Notes under the pieces: model-generated
Told to the model about the DNA's origin: nothing
The model's input: only the letters and a program-made list of their open reading frames with translations
Database searches by the model: none
Shown: positions 1 through 13,750 of the stretch, piece after piece
How the letters are laid out: the number at the start of each line of letters is the position of its first letter
Position numbering within the stretch: position 1 is the stretch's first letter
From: Rhizophagus irregularis
Lineage: Eukaryota
Assembly: GCF_026210795.1 (NCBI RefSeq)
Contig: NC_089432.1
Span: 5,456,001 to 5,520,000 of the forward strand
Reading direction: 5' to 3'
DNA: 64,000 nt
Translations under genes and position numbers: made by a program

Positions 1-929
1 TCTTCTGGGGTGTAAATATGGGTAAGATCCAAATTTTTTAAATCTAGTGAAAAAGAAATTTATTGGATAGTAAATATTTCTATATTTGTAAGTACAAAAT
101 AGTTTCTTCACAATTAATAAAAGCACTTTACCGATTTCTTTCTTTTTTGGTGGCATGATTTAAGAAAGTTACTAAGAAAATCTTATATAAAAAAAAATTG
201 ACAAAATAGAAAAAATAATGTGAGAAAGAAAAAATGTATAAGGAAAGCTATTTATATATTTTTTAATTTGATACATTTTTGGTTAATAATTATGATAAAT
301 TATGACGCAATAGTTTTAATTTATAATGATGACACTCTGAAACATAAGATATAATCACATGAAGCATTCCAAATATTATATAATAATTATATACAATTCT
401 TGTAAATAAAATTAATGATAGACGTAATTTTTAAAATTATTGTTTGAATCATTTATTATATTACATTTCTTTTGTGACATTATATCTTTTAAGGTAATTC
501 AAATAATATTTTTTTGTAATAACTTGAATTTTTAAACGAGGTATGTAATTATATTTAATAATGACATATAATAATATTATTAATATGTAATTTTTTGTGC
601 TAATTAATGCTTATGTTCTGGTCTTGTCCCATTATTTGGAATAACACAAGATCCAAATACTAAAAAATTATATGGTTGTAATGGGAAAATGCCACTTGAT
701 AATTTAAGAAATGACTTATGTAGTTAAAGAGAATTTAGGCAAAAATCATAATGTGTAATAGAATAATGAAAAACAAAAAGGACAAGGATATTTATAATAT
801 AAAAAATTTTATTAAGAAATAATAAGAAATAGAAAGAATAGAATAAAGAATAAAAAGAATAAAGGATTAAAGAATGGGTTTAATAATTGTTAATAAATAT
901 AACAGAAAGAGAAAATATTAGAATAGAAG

Positions 930-2770
930 GAATAAAGTATAAAGAATTAGAAGTAAAAATAAGAAAAAAAATAAAAGAAAAAATAATTAAAATTTGTTAA
1001 AATTAAAGAATATAATATAATCTAGATTAATGTTTTCAAAACTTAATAAACTTAACCATTAATATATAATTAAAGCTCCAAACCATATATTCAGAGCTTT
1101 ACATACTGTAATATATAATATTACCAAACTAAATATTTTAAATTTTACTACATATATAGTTAATTGTTATTTCATTAGCAGATTTCCATAAAATGTGATG
1201 AAAACCAATTACTAATATAACAAATCCCTTTAACTTTATATTAGGTTTAGATTTTGTTATTTTAACATACTCATCAAATACTCCTGAACTAGAATAGTAA
1301 GAAAATATAAAATGAAATAAAAATTTATTAAAATTAAAGAACATAATATAATCTAGATTATATTTTCAAAAATTAATATAGACCTTTAATATATAATACA
1401 TATTATATAATATAATATTAAAAATGCAATATATGCTAAACTAATATTTTAAATTTTATTATATATGTAGTTAGTTGTTACTTCATTAGCAGATTTCCAT
1501 AAAATGTGATGAAAACCAATTACTAATATAACAAATCCCTTTAACTTATTAGGTTTAGATTTTGTTATTTTAATGTGTGCTTTTACTAAAAAAAATAAAA
1601 AATGAGTTAATAATATAAAATCTAAACAAATTATAGCATTTAGAATATTTTTGGCATATAAAAGAAAATTTGAATTTTTTTAGTAGTTGCGCCCATAAAG
1701 TAATCAAGATAAAAAATTCAAAAAAGAGGATAAGCATAGATGTGAGAAATTTCAGATGATTTTATATTAGATGTATTATTTAAATGAGATGTATTAGCAG
1801 GGGCCAAATTTTCTTTTTTATATTCATTAATAATCCTTTGCCAAAAAGTTTGCAAAAACTTCATATAAAGAAAGTGGTTTTCATTTACCTATTATAAGAA
1901 AGAAATTGTTAGCAGTGCATCAATATTTATTTAGTGATAAAAGAAGGTACATAGCCAATTCCTCCTCCAGAATTAGCAGACTTGTATCAACTACAAAATT
2001 AGGGTGCCCAAAAATGAGGTCTATGGATTGGTTACCAAGATGTCAGATCAGTAATTCTCCTAAGTCAAGACGCAGTCAACCAGGAGTTACCCTAATTTTG
2101 CAAAATAAAAAATAACACACCTTATTTTTATTTCAACATAAATAACCTAATTGAACAGAGATTTTGCCTCCTTTAGAAAGTGATAAAACAAATAGTATCA
2201 ATACTATTTAAATTCAAAAATCCACAATATGATGATTTACTACTTCATTTTTTTTATTCTATTTAGGACTAAATAGAATTTGGTCAATTGGAATTTGGTC
2301 AATAATTAAATATCTTTGCTAGATTCAAATTGCTAAGAGAGAGTAGGATAAATAATGAATAAAGAAAGATAAGTGAAAAAGTAAAGATAGGTCCTATCTT
2401 AGTTATATATATATTTGTAGGCAGGAATGACACATTAATGTTAATAATTGTCATTGAATTACATCATTTAAACATAAAGTTACATTTTTTTTGTCAATAT
2501 GAGTCAATATTACCATGCATTTGCAGTAATTAATGAAGAACATGCAATATATTTCATTGTAGCATGACTTGATAAACTAACACATTAATGTGAATATGAA
2601 GTAATTAAATAATGTAATTAAATACTATATTACATATTCTTTGTTAATATGAGTTAATATTACCAAGCATTTGTCAGTAATTAATGAAAAACATGCAATA
2701 TATTTCATTGTAGGCAGCATGACTTAGGCTGACACATTGATGTAAATAATCTTGAATCAAAAGTCTTTAT
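930..2770 (-). pseudogene. Degenerate partial tandem copies of the PD-(D/E)XK-like gene at 4480-6184
   Basis: 1130-1295 and 1420-1572 repeat the 3' end of that gene (..GFVILVIGF.HILWKSANE..). About 1780-2280 matches 5630-6190 (exon 2 start, intron 1, exon 1), and 2400-2770 matches 6340-6560. Most of exons 2-3 is missing. Confidence 0.85.
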
Positions 2771-4479
2771 AGTCACAATCACAAAAGTGTCACAATTAAT
2801 ATAAAAAAAAGTACTATTGCATTTCATTACATTATTTAATATATACCTTTTTAATTTGTATTTTTAACTTTCTTTTTCATAAATTGAATAATATTACTAC
2901 CAAAAAATTAATATTAACCAAATGATTACAATATTTAAAATTTCATTCATGTCACTATCCTTTTTTCTCAAAGAAATAACAGAATGAGACTTGAGAATAA
3001 ACAAGGAATATGTTATAACTGTATCAAATTTGTTTGACTACAATGACCTTTCCTTAAATGAACAATTAATATTTAATACTTGCTGCTTGCATATAATAAT
3101 AATCACTAACTATGGCTCAATTTTTAACCAATTTATATACTTTTGCATATGTATTAATATATTCTTTAAAAAAAATTAATTGAGAAAATATGGAAGTTTT
3201 TTTATATTTGATTTAGTGACTTCAAAACCTGCCATACAATACTACCAGCAATTATTGATTTTTTTGTGATTTTTTCAAACTTTTCAGTTTTTTAAGTTAA
3301 ATAACTCCACGAAAATAAATTTTGATGCTTTAAAATGATCTGTGCCGCCCCTAAATCACATATTCTAAAAGTATACAAAATGTTTATTTTAGATTATTAA
3401 GTTTTCAATTAATCTATAGTTCACTCATGTACTAAGCAATTAACATGTAAAATTTGTAATTATATTATATATATAGTATAATAATTAACTATAGATATTT
3501 TTTATCTCCTGTATACAAAGATAAAAGATTATTATATGAAAATTTAAATAGTCATAAAAAAGTTTTATGAAATGAAAAAGCTAGAGAAAAAATTTGTGTA
3601 AATAATATAGTTAAAGAAAATTTTACAGGGTGTAAAGTATCTTAATTAAATAATAGATTAAAAGATTAGTTAGTAACTAAATATCACAAGTTGAAAATAA
3701 ATATTAAAAGTTAAAGTAATTTTCATTGGACTAGTAATATTTTTGCCAGGATAGTTGTTCATATTGATTAGTTTAATATAAGAAATATGATAAATAATAA
3801 ATTATTTAAAATATAGTAATAATAAATTGAAAATAGTAAATAAAGAAAAAATTTTAATAAATTGCTAAGAATAAGGAATAAAAGAATAAAATAGTAAAAA
3901 ATAAAAAAAAGGAGAGGAATAAAGAAAATTTTACAGTGTGTAAAGTATCTAGATAATAGATTAAAAGATTAATATTAAAAGTTAACATAATAGTTGCTCA
4001 TATTGATTAAATTCAAACTGTTAAGGAATATTGATAACTAAATAATAAATTATTTTAAAATATAGTAATAATAAATTTAAAGTATTATGTAAATAAAGAA
4101 AAAAAATTTATAAATTGTTAAAAAAGAATAAAAAATAAAAGAATAGAATAGTAAATAAAAACAAAAGAACAAGGAATTTTATAAAAAAGTTAAAAGTATT
4201 TTGTTAGAAATAAAAAGAATAAAATAAATAATAAAGAAAATAAAAGATATTTAATACTGTAAATTGATAATAAATGTAACAAATAAGTATAAACTATAAA
4301 GAATTAGTAAGTAAAAATAAGTAAAAAATAAAAGAAAATAAAAAGAATAAAAGAAAATAAAGAATTAAAATTTGTTAAAATTAAAGAATATAATATAATC
4401 TAACTTAATATTTTCAAAATTTAGACTATTAATATATTATTATAATACTAAAAATGCAATATATGCTAAACTAAATATT

Positions 4480-6184
4480 TTAAATCTTATTATATATATA
4501 GTTAGTTGTTACTTCATTAGCAGATTTCCATAAAATGTGACGAAAACCAATTACTAATATAACAAATCCCCTTAACTTATTAGATTTAGATTTTGTTATT
4601 TTAACTCGCTCATCAAATACTCCTGAGTTAGAATAGTTTATAGCTTTTCCTTTTGAAATTGTTTTCATATATGAATTTAATTGATTCAACCCTTTATTTA
4701 ATGTTTCATCTATAGTTGTTAATTTTGTTTTTTTTTCTTCCTTTGACCAATATGTATATGATCTTTTTAATACAGATTCTTCATTTTCCTTTTCAAGTAT
4801 TTTATCTAGATTTTCAAGTTCATTTGCACCAAAATTATTTTTCTGATTACTATTAATAAGTCCAACTAATGATATATATTTCAATTCTAAAATAACATTA
4901 TTATCTCCTTCACTACTTAAAATAAAAATATCTGAATAACCAAAACGACCTGAACCTTTTTGCTTTTTACCATTAATTACTAATGAAAGTTCTGGAATGC
5001 AATACTTTAATGGCAAAAGATTTTCTACAATTGCTTGAAGTACAGGTTCATTTGCTGATGATAGAGACATTCGTGATCTTGATAATAAAAAAGTTTTTAG
5101 AATTTTAATAAAAGGTATGATATTATCTGCAATAAGACTTTCATATGCTGAAGCAACAAGAAGTGCATTATCAACAACTTGGATATATGCTAAATTATTC
5201 TTGTTTTGTTTTAAAATTTGGCTTTGTCTCTTCCAGTGTTCTAATGGATAATCATTAAATATAATTTAATAATATATTGCATATGAAATAGTATAAATAT
5301 TATAATAACTTACCATTAGATAAACTTTCTGTATCAGTAACATCATCTCTTACTCTTTTTAGCTTTCCCTTTTGTTTAGTTTCATTTATAGAATCTGATT
5401 GAGAAATTTCAGATAATTTTATATCAGATGTCTTATTTAAGTGAGATGTAACATCAGGGGCTAAGTTTTCTTTTTTATGTTCCTTAATAATCCTATCTGA
5501 TTGAAAAATTTCAGATGATTTTATATCAGATATCTTATTTAAGTGAGATGTAACAGAAGGGGCTAAGTTTTCTTTTTTATATTCCCTAATATCTGGTTGA
5601 GAAATTTCAGATTTTATATCAGATATCGAATTTAAGTGAGATGTATTAGCAGTGGCCAAATTTTCTTTTTTATGTTCTTTAATAATCCTTTGCCAAAATT
5701 TTTGCAAAAACTTCATACAACGAAAGTGTTCTTCATTTACCTATTATAAGAAAGAAATTATTAGCAGCGCATCAATATTTATTTAGTGATAAAAGAAGGT
5801 ACATAGCCAATTCCTCCTCCAGAATTAGCAGACTTGTATCAACTACAAAATTAGGGTGCCCAAAAATGAGGTCTATGGATTGGTTACCAAGATGTCAGAT
5901 CAGTAATTCTCCTAAGTCAAGACGCAGTTAACAAGGAGTTACCCTAATTTTGCAAAATAAAAAATAACACACCTTATTTCTTATTTCAACATAAGTATCC
6001 TGATTGAACAAAGAATTTGCCTCCTTTAGAAAGTGACGAACCCAAATAGTATCAATACTATTACATGTGTCTGTAGGTGATATTGAAGCAGTGATGAATT
6101 CACTGCTAAAATTCAAAAATCCACAATATGATGATTTACTACCTCGTTCTTTTAAATATTCAATTAAAACTAAATAGAATTTGG
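4480..6184 (-). CDS. Three-exon protein with C-terminal PD-(D/E)XK nuclease-like domain; exon-1 start codon not found (possible pseudogene)
   Basis: Exons ~6184-5973, 5740-5314 and 5240-4480 splice in frame through GT-AG introns (EIRNK|VNEEH; SLSN|EHWKRQ..SRSRMSLSS). Motif RFGYSDIFIL..VILELKY. Exon 2 has three ~35-40 aa repeats (KEHKKENLA..TSHLN..SDIK). Confidence 0.75.
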
Positions 6185-8653
6185 ATTAATAACCAAGTAT
6201 CTTTGAAAATAAATATTACAAATTAAAGTACTTTTCATTGGACTTACTATTTTGACCAGGATAGTTGCTCATGTTGATTAGATTCAAATTGCAGGATAAA
6301 TAATGAATAAAGTGGAAAGCAAAGATGGGTGGGTATCTTAGTTATATATATATTTGTAGGCTGGAATGACATATTAATATTAATAATTGCATTGAATTAC
6401 ATCATTTCATGAAATTACATATTTTTTTGTCAATATGAGTCAATATTACTACCATGCATTTGTCAGTAATTAATGACGAACATGCAATATATTTCATTGT
6501 AAGCAGCATGATTTAGGTTGACACATTGATGTGAATAATCCTGAATTAAAAGTCTTTATGAATTTTAAAGTTTTTAGTCAATTATTTGTTTCATAATATT
6601 ATTGATTATAAAGTCAAAGGTCATGAAGTAATAATATTGACAAACCTTAAATATACAGTGATTTATGGAATAAATTTTGTAATTAAACATATACCCAAAT
6701 TAATCAAATCTCTATATACTTTTTTTTATATACTCATCCCAATAAATTTTGTTATAGAAAATATTATTTATGAGAATTAGCAAGTTTTAATTAATATAAT
6801 AAATTTTCAGAAATATATTGTCTTTAATATTGTCAACTGAAGTTAACTCATTGACTATACATTAAATTTACGCTTTATATTCTGCTATATATCTTACTAA
6901 AATACATGCTTAATATGAAATTTCAAGTAATATATATAGTAAGCCTACGTTGGAATATATTAAATGTAGGTCACCTTGTACTAATAGTTCCAGGGAAAAT
7001 AATAGAAATTTTGTTATCGTATCATTCAAAATTTATGTTATTAATTGTATCCCCATTATAAAAATGGACTGAAATTCAATTTACTAATGGGAAAAGCTTT
7101 GACAGAGGTAATATTTGGTAAGTAAATTAAGAGTGATGGCAAGTTCTTTTATATAAATAAATTGCGAAGGTCAGAAGATGGACTATTTAACGCTGATAAT
7201 CATAACCATCACTTGGAGTGACTTGGAAAAGAACGTGGATTAATGCTTCCAATCAAGACATGATTTGACTAATAAACAAACTCTTCCTTTAAAGTTTTAT
7301 AATCATCTGTTCTGATCTATTCTGCTTTCTAAAAAGGTAATGACATCACAGTGGAAAGTTAAGAATTCGATTTTTAAAATTGTGTTTGCTGCCTGTTTTT
7401 CGCAAGGGCTAAAATTTAAAATGATACATTTTCATGTAAATTTATTTGTAATTTCAATATATCAGGGGTGAAAATTCATACGAATATATTAGTTGTGTAA
7501 TGTCAAAGCCTGTCTTATATTATAATTATAGGTTATTAGGAGTTAATAATTAACTACACATGAAAAAAATATTCATGTGAAGAAATTATGATGTAGTTTG
7601 AAAATTTTCCAAAATTTTGATTTCTTGATGTAATACGAAGCGTTAATTAAAACAACACATTTTCTTTGTTGGCATTCTGTATGTATCTTTTATTTTTGAT
7701 GATGTTATTTAAGATACGATTGCCACTAAATCCTTTGCTAATAAAATAAAATTATTTTTTATTTTTTTTCGTTCTAATTATCATGTTAATTTATGTATGA
7801 CTTATGGTACGTACATATGATATTCATTTGATAGTGACTTTACTTTCTATAAATAAATTAATTCAAAATATAAACCTAGTGAAAAAAAAGAATAGATTAT
7901 AAGAAAAAAATAGTCAAAAAAAAAATTTGTAAGAAAATTATGTAAAATAGTGTTTAAAGAATTAAGGAAAAGAGTTTGAAATATGAATAAAATCAAAATA
8001 TATTTTAGTAATATTTTTCCAAGTTCATACACTCATACCAGGATTAACGTAATAGATTAAGCCTTAATAGTATTTACATAAATACATAATTTATCTGTTA
8101 TAATGAGCATTCATATTTTCATTTGGTCATAAAGTACGATCATATGTCATATGATTTGTACCGCCATCCGCCGATCATATATAACATAACCCTAAGTCAT
8201 TTGTCATTTGTCATAATTCATAAATTAACCAATCAAAAATTCAAAATAGAGTTTAAGATTATCTGTTACGATTTTTAGGATCGATTTAACTTCTTACCAT
8301 CACAAATTTTTTTTAAAAAAATGTCAGAATCACACTAATTCTAGGAATATTTTACTTTGGTTGATAACTCTAACAATAAATTAAACGCAAAAGCAGAATT
8401 TCTGTAGTTCAAAAAATGGAGTTCAAGTGACAGCATTAATACCTAGATGTTACACAACTAATAAAGCTAATTTGTGCCGTACTCATTTAGCAAATTGTAA
8501 TAACTTTAAAGAAGCACACATTACTGATGAAGTAGAAGAAATATTGTCTCGAACTGTACCTGAAGATAAACGAAAATTAGATAATTCTGGTATATTTTTT
8601 GATAAATTTATTATAATTATTTAATATAAAATAATTTCTTAATTTATTTTTTA

Positions 8654-9077
8654 GGCCACGCAAACTAATATTTTCGGTTCACGTAACATTAAAATTTAAA
8701 ATTGACCCGGGGACCCGGGTTTTATTTTTTATTAATAAAAAATTTTTATTATATGTCACGTGACTTACTAGTTTATTTCGTTCCAGTTTGTTCCTATCAT
8801 ACATGTACGAATAAGTTACAACTCTGTAACTTTAAAAGATTGGGAAGGTTTACCAGTTGAAAAAGAGACAAAAATGAAGGATTTTTCTAATGATATATCA
8901 TTTTCATGTTTGTCATCTAATTTCTGGGAAGCAGATTTTAAAGTACTATAAAATTTAACCAATAAAATCACTTGAAATCACGTGAAAAAAAATTTTACAT
9001 ATAAAAATTTTTTGGTCAAATTTTGAAAAAGTGACCCGGCCGGGTGAAGTGAACCGAAAATATTAGTTTGCGTGGCC
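8654..9077. mobile_element. PIF/Harbinger (Tourist-like) MITE, 424 bp
   Basis: Perfect 29-bp TIR GGCCACGCAAACTAATATTTTCGGTTCAC (8654-8682 / 9049-9077); TTA TSD on both sides. Confidence 0.9.
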
Positions 9078-9700
9078 TTATAACAAAAAGATAGTGGTAA
9101 TGAAAATACTCCCCTTAAACGTCATAGATCTTCCACTTCAACTATTTCTAGTATAACTTCAACAAGTTCAATTAGTAAACAATCAACTCTAACTAGCTTC
9201 TATAGAAGACCCATGTCATTTAAATATACACCTATATTTATGATTAAAATGTGTATTTCAAATGGTCTTCTCTTTCATTTGTTGAAAATAAGGAAACCAA
9301 AGCATTATTTAATTTTATTGCTCCTGGTCTTAAACTTCCAGATTGAAAAAAACTTGGTGGAAAACTATTGCTTAAAACCAAAAAAAAAAATTCAGAAAAA
9401 TATTCTTAAAATTGCACAATCATATGAAATTAGATTAACTGCCACATTTAATGGCTGAATAAACGTAAAGCAAGAAAATATTTGGGAGGTTACTTCAAAA
9501 GGGCAACCATTAATTTAAATTTGAATGATCACGAACTGAGAATGTTATAAAACATATTGAAACTCTAATGAATGAAACTGAAAACAAAAATGTATGTGAA
9601 TATGCTGCTGAAAATAATATATTTACAACGTAATTGTCTGCACAATTTAAATATAATATGTTATATTAATAGTTACAATTATTTAGACAACAATTATGAT

Positions 9701-10221
9701 TAGGGATGCCAATGGTCAGTTCGGTTCGGTTTCGGTTTTAAACCCGCAGTTTTCAGCTGAAACTGAACTGACCGCAAAACCGACCGATAAAACCGAATTG
9801 CAAAACCGATCGCAAAATTACTGCAAAATTGAATGAACTAATGTTAGAAAGTGTTAATTATAATTTTATTTGATAATATTCCTTAAAATTATAATTTTTT
9901 TACGATAATAATGTCAATTTTGCGATTTTTTTCAGCGGAACGAAAAATCACGTGATCGACATGTAAAAAATTTTCTTATTATTTCAAAAATAAGGATACT
10001 ATATATATAAATAAACACCAAAATCATAATTTTTAATAGTATTCTCAATATAATAAACATTCTTTTCTTTTGGAATATATGATTAACTGATCAGTTTTTT
10101 TGTCGGTTTTTTTATATATAAAACCGATGGTTAACCGGTCGGTCTTGGACTGAAACTGAACCGTAACTGAACCGATAAAAACTGGTTATAATCGGTTATA
10201 ACCAAACTTTTGGCATCCCTA
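9701..10221. mobile_element. hAT (Ac/Ds-like) non-autonomous element, 521 bp
   Basis: TIR TAGGGATGCCA / TGGCATCCCTA; 8-bp TSD ATTATGAT (9693-9700, 10222-10229); many subterminal AACCG/CGGTT motifs. Confidence 0.92.
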
Positions 10222-10841
10222 ATTATGATGAAAATATCCTGTAAAAGTTTTTCTTCCTTACATGATACATTAGATGAATCTAGTATTCAGTGATATTTTT
10301 AAAGAAAGTGAAATATTTAGAAGAATTTCTAAAGAAGCAGTTCGAATTATTAGTTTTCTCAATGGCCTAGGATCACCTGCGTATATTGCAAAAAATTGTT
10401 ATACCCCAAAAAAGCATGTTGTATATTTTACAACTCATCAACTACTTACCCCTTCCAAACATCACATTATCTTTCAACCCAAACGTTAATCATATCTCTG
10501 AACTGAGAGTCCCAGTTTGCGATTCTTGTAAAAAACCTTCACAAGGTTCCCTTGCACAAGAGGAAATATCTATCCCCGATCTACTTACATTGTTCTCTAT
10601 GAAGAACTCCCAACAGCAATCCCTACTCTGCATACAGAAGTCTAGCTGGAATGATGAACCATTCACGTAATATTTGAGCACATGCTCTCTATTCAGAACC
10701 CAATATAACAGTGTTAATAACATAACCCATCACTCAATACATGATGTAACACTACAACGAGCTGCATCATGGTTAGCTCAAATTAACCCTTACCTTTGGT
10801 CATTCACCAACATGACATCATGAAATCAAAGATCAAGCAGT

Positions 10842-13633
10842 TTATTTTATTTTATTACTAAAAGAGTAGTACTCCCAAAACTATTACAAAATAAGAGTAA
10901 AACATCGTTTGCATGATGGTACAAATAGGCGTGTATAGAATTTTGGAAATTAATCCCCTACAGGACCTCACCCTTCGAACAATACTATTCAAACTACTAG
11001 AACTACGCTAATACTTCGAATGGGGAAAAGAAAAAAAAGAAAACCTAAAGACCCATCCGTAGCTAGAGAACCTAAAAATAAAACAATTATATATATAGAA
11101 AATTAATAGTTCTAGAGTAGTATAGTCTATAAAAAGCAACATGTCAATCTGAAATATAAAAATTAAAGATCCGTATTTTTCTTTTGGCCAAAGCCGCCAC
11201 CTGTAAATACTGTAAGAGGTGGAATGATTCACACTATTTTAAGTTGTTTGTAAAGTTCAAAATATATATATGTGTATATAAAAAAATGTAAAAAAATTGT
11301 AGATTAATCTACTCGAAAAAGGATAATTTGACTCTAAATGATAGATCTAAATATAAAATAAACTATTTCGAATTTGACAGTCCCGCTTCTGTAGAGTCAT
11401 AATCATTATTTGGTACTAGACGGGATCGTTTCTGTGGTGTATCTATATGTGAGGAAAATAAATTCCTTCTGTCGTTGATGTTACGTTTGTTAGGACGTGA
11501 TTCTAAAGTTGTGGTATCGTCTGAGACTACCAATTGTTTATATGAAGGGACAAAAATAGTATGTTCTCGTCTGATTTTGTGATCTTTGAGAAATTTCTTT
11601 AGGTCTCTTTCGAGAAATCCATGTGATCGACCAGCGTCGATACGTGATTTTCTTTTCATCAAATAATCAGGAATGTATTTGTGAAAGTCGTCTGTTGAGT
11701 ACATTAAAAATTCCACTTGTGATTTACGAGCATCCAAGTGTTTGAGACTAGTACCAAGGTATATCGCCTCTTATTTGCGTTCTTCTTTCGCTTGCTCCCT
11801 TGAAGCTTGTTTTTCTATACGCGTTCTCTTGAACGCTTGTTCCACTTCACGATGTACTCTTTCATTAAAGTCTTGAATCTCTTGTTCTCTGATAGATTTC
11901 TCCAAATTATACATATATGTAAACCATTCACGAGATCCTGGAGTAATAAAGCGATCGTCAATGTAAATGGGATCTTTAGGTATAATATCACGATATTTTT
12001 CAGGGATAAACATGTTAGGAATAGGGTTATATGGTTCAGTAGTGTCAGGAGGTTTTGGTATAATCCTAGGAGTATTAGGTTGATTTAGGTGTTTTGATAA
12101 GGTATTAATATTTTTCCAAGTTTTATTTTCGTTAGGGTGTCATTTGGCGTAAAATGGAACCAAAAATGGATAATCCTCAGGATTTGGTTCAGTAAAACCT
12201 TTCTTGTAAACTAAATGTCGAATGGGGAACTTGACGTATTGATTTTTTAAGAATATAAACTTGTTTTTTCTAGCAGTTGCTAAAATGGCTTGGTGATCAT
12301 CTCCTTTTGCTTTATTAAGAACACGTCGACAAGCGCGAATAAAGCGTTTTTCTTGTTTTTGTCCAGTACGAAGGTTAGGACTAAAAATTCATTGAAAGTT
12401 GGAGAAAACCTTTCTATAAATATGTTTGTTGCCTAATTTCAGGATTGAATTAGCATCCCGAGCATGGATAGAGCTAATATAAGAAATGCCCGTTCTTTTT
12501 GAGTAATGGTGTTTGGGCTGACTAGAAAGCCATCTATGATATAAAAGATTAGCATGAAAAGATTTGTCATTAATAAAATCTTCATTTGTTTGTCTATTAA
12601 GTATATTATTTTTTGGTTTAATATTCTTGTAAAAATTGTGTTTAGTTAAAGATTTTTGATGATTGATGCAAGCACATCGATCGTTTGACATAATGAAAGG
12701 ACTAGGAATTTGACATAAAGGAGGTGTATAAGGATTGTTAGATTTATTATTAAATGAACAAGGAATATAAATTCCAAAATAAAATCTATATCTTTTGTAA
12801 CTAAAATTAAAAAAAGTTTTCGTCATCGTGTTGCGTCTTGCCGTCAAAGAAGCACGTGATTCAATAATTTTTTTTCTATCCAATAATTTGTTGCGAATCA
12901 AATTAAAATATTTTAGTTGTACACGATGGGGTATAACTCTTTGTAAGGAAAAAAAATGTGTAAGCATGCAACTAATTTGGTATTTGTCATTCGGGAATGA
13001 ACTTGTGTTGTTATAACTAATAGGTTTAGTGTTCATCTGATAATCATTTGTGTATATCTTTAAATGAATATTATTGGTGATCGGAACATGATCGGCGAGC
13101 TCAAAAAAGAAACTCCTCGATCAGCGTATTTCATATATCTTGTTAAAACCTGATCGATTTGGTTTGATCACGTGAAATTTTTTCAGGGACACCTGTAAGG
13201 GAGTTTTCGATAATTTTTTATCCGAAGGAAAAAATTTTTCGGAAGACATATGTATAGTGTATAATGTATATGATAATAAAGGATAGTAAAAATTATGTAA
13301 ATGTAAATGTAAATGGTAAATGGTATATTTAGGCGACAGTAGGGAAAAGAAAAAACTCTTATATAACTGCTAGGTTGTATATTACGTAGTGGGGGTATTT
13401 ATATAACGTTGTCTCTTGACTGTATAATTCTATTAAAAGTAAAACTTTTACCATATGTATATACTAAAAGATATGGAGTGACTTGTGTATATTCGCGAGT
13501 TGTTGTAAGTTAAAATAAAATGTAATAGCTAGCGAAAATAAAATAAAAAAAAAAACGTTTATTTCGTAATAATAAAAGTAATTCTACTGCGCCTCATTAA
13601 CAATTTGAAAAAAGGGGGAGAGAGTTTTTCTTC
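10842..13633 (-). mobile_element. 2.8-kb retroposed (TPRT-type) element with a single ORF and no visible RT
   Basis: 15-bp direct repeat CAAAGATCAAGCAGT at 10827-10841 and 13634-13648; (TAAAA)n tail on the minus strand at ~10841-10857; host Helitron sequence continues on both sides. Confidence 0.85.
11363..13249 (-). pseudogene. ~628-codon basic protein of unknown function with 4 in-frame stops
   Basis: ATG at 13249 (MSSEKFFPSDKK..). Track ORFs 12389-13036, 11771-12013 and 11363-11737 share this frame. Stops: TGA 13121-23, TGA 12389-91, TGA 12140-42, TAA 11771-73. No frameshift or intron. Confidence 0.8.
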
Positions 13634-13750
13634 CAAAGATCAAGCAGTCCCTTTCCAACGGCAAGACATGTAGAAACTAATGTAGATCATGTGAAATAAT
13701 CGTACCCAATCACGACTTTCCTGACGAAAACCATGGCTAAGACTTTCATT

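Larger units (their letters stand above)
8321..10362 (+). pseudogene. hAT-superfamily transposase relic interrupted by two MITEs
   Basis: Fragments CYTTNKANLCRTHLANC (Zn-finger-like), SNGL/FVENKETKALFNFIAPGLKLP, LTATFNG*INVKQENIW (decayed DGW motif) and MNLVFSDIFKES; multiple stops and frameshifts. Confidence 0.65.
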
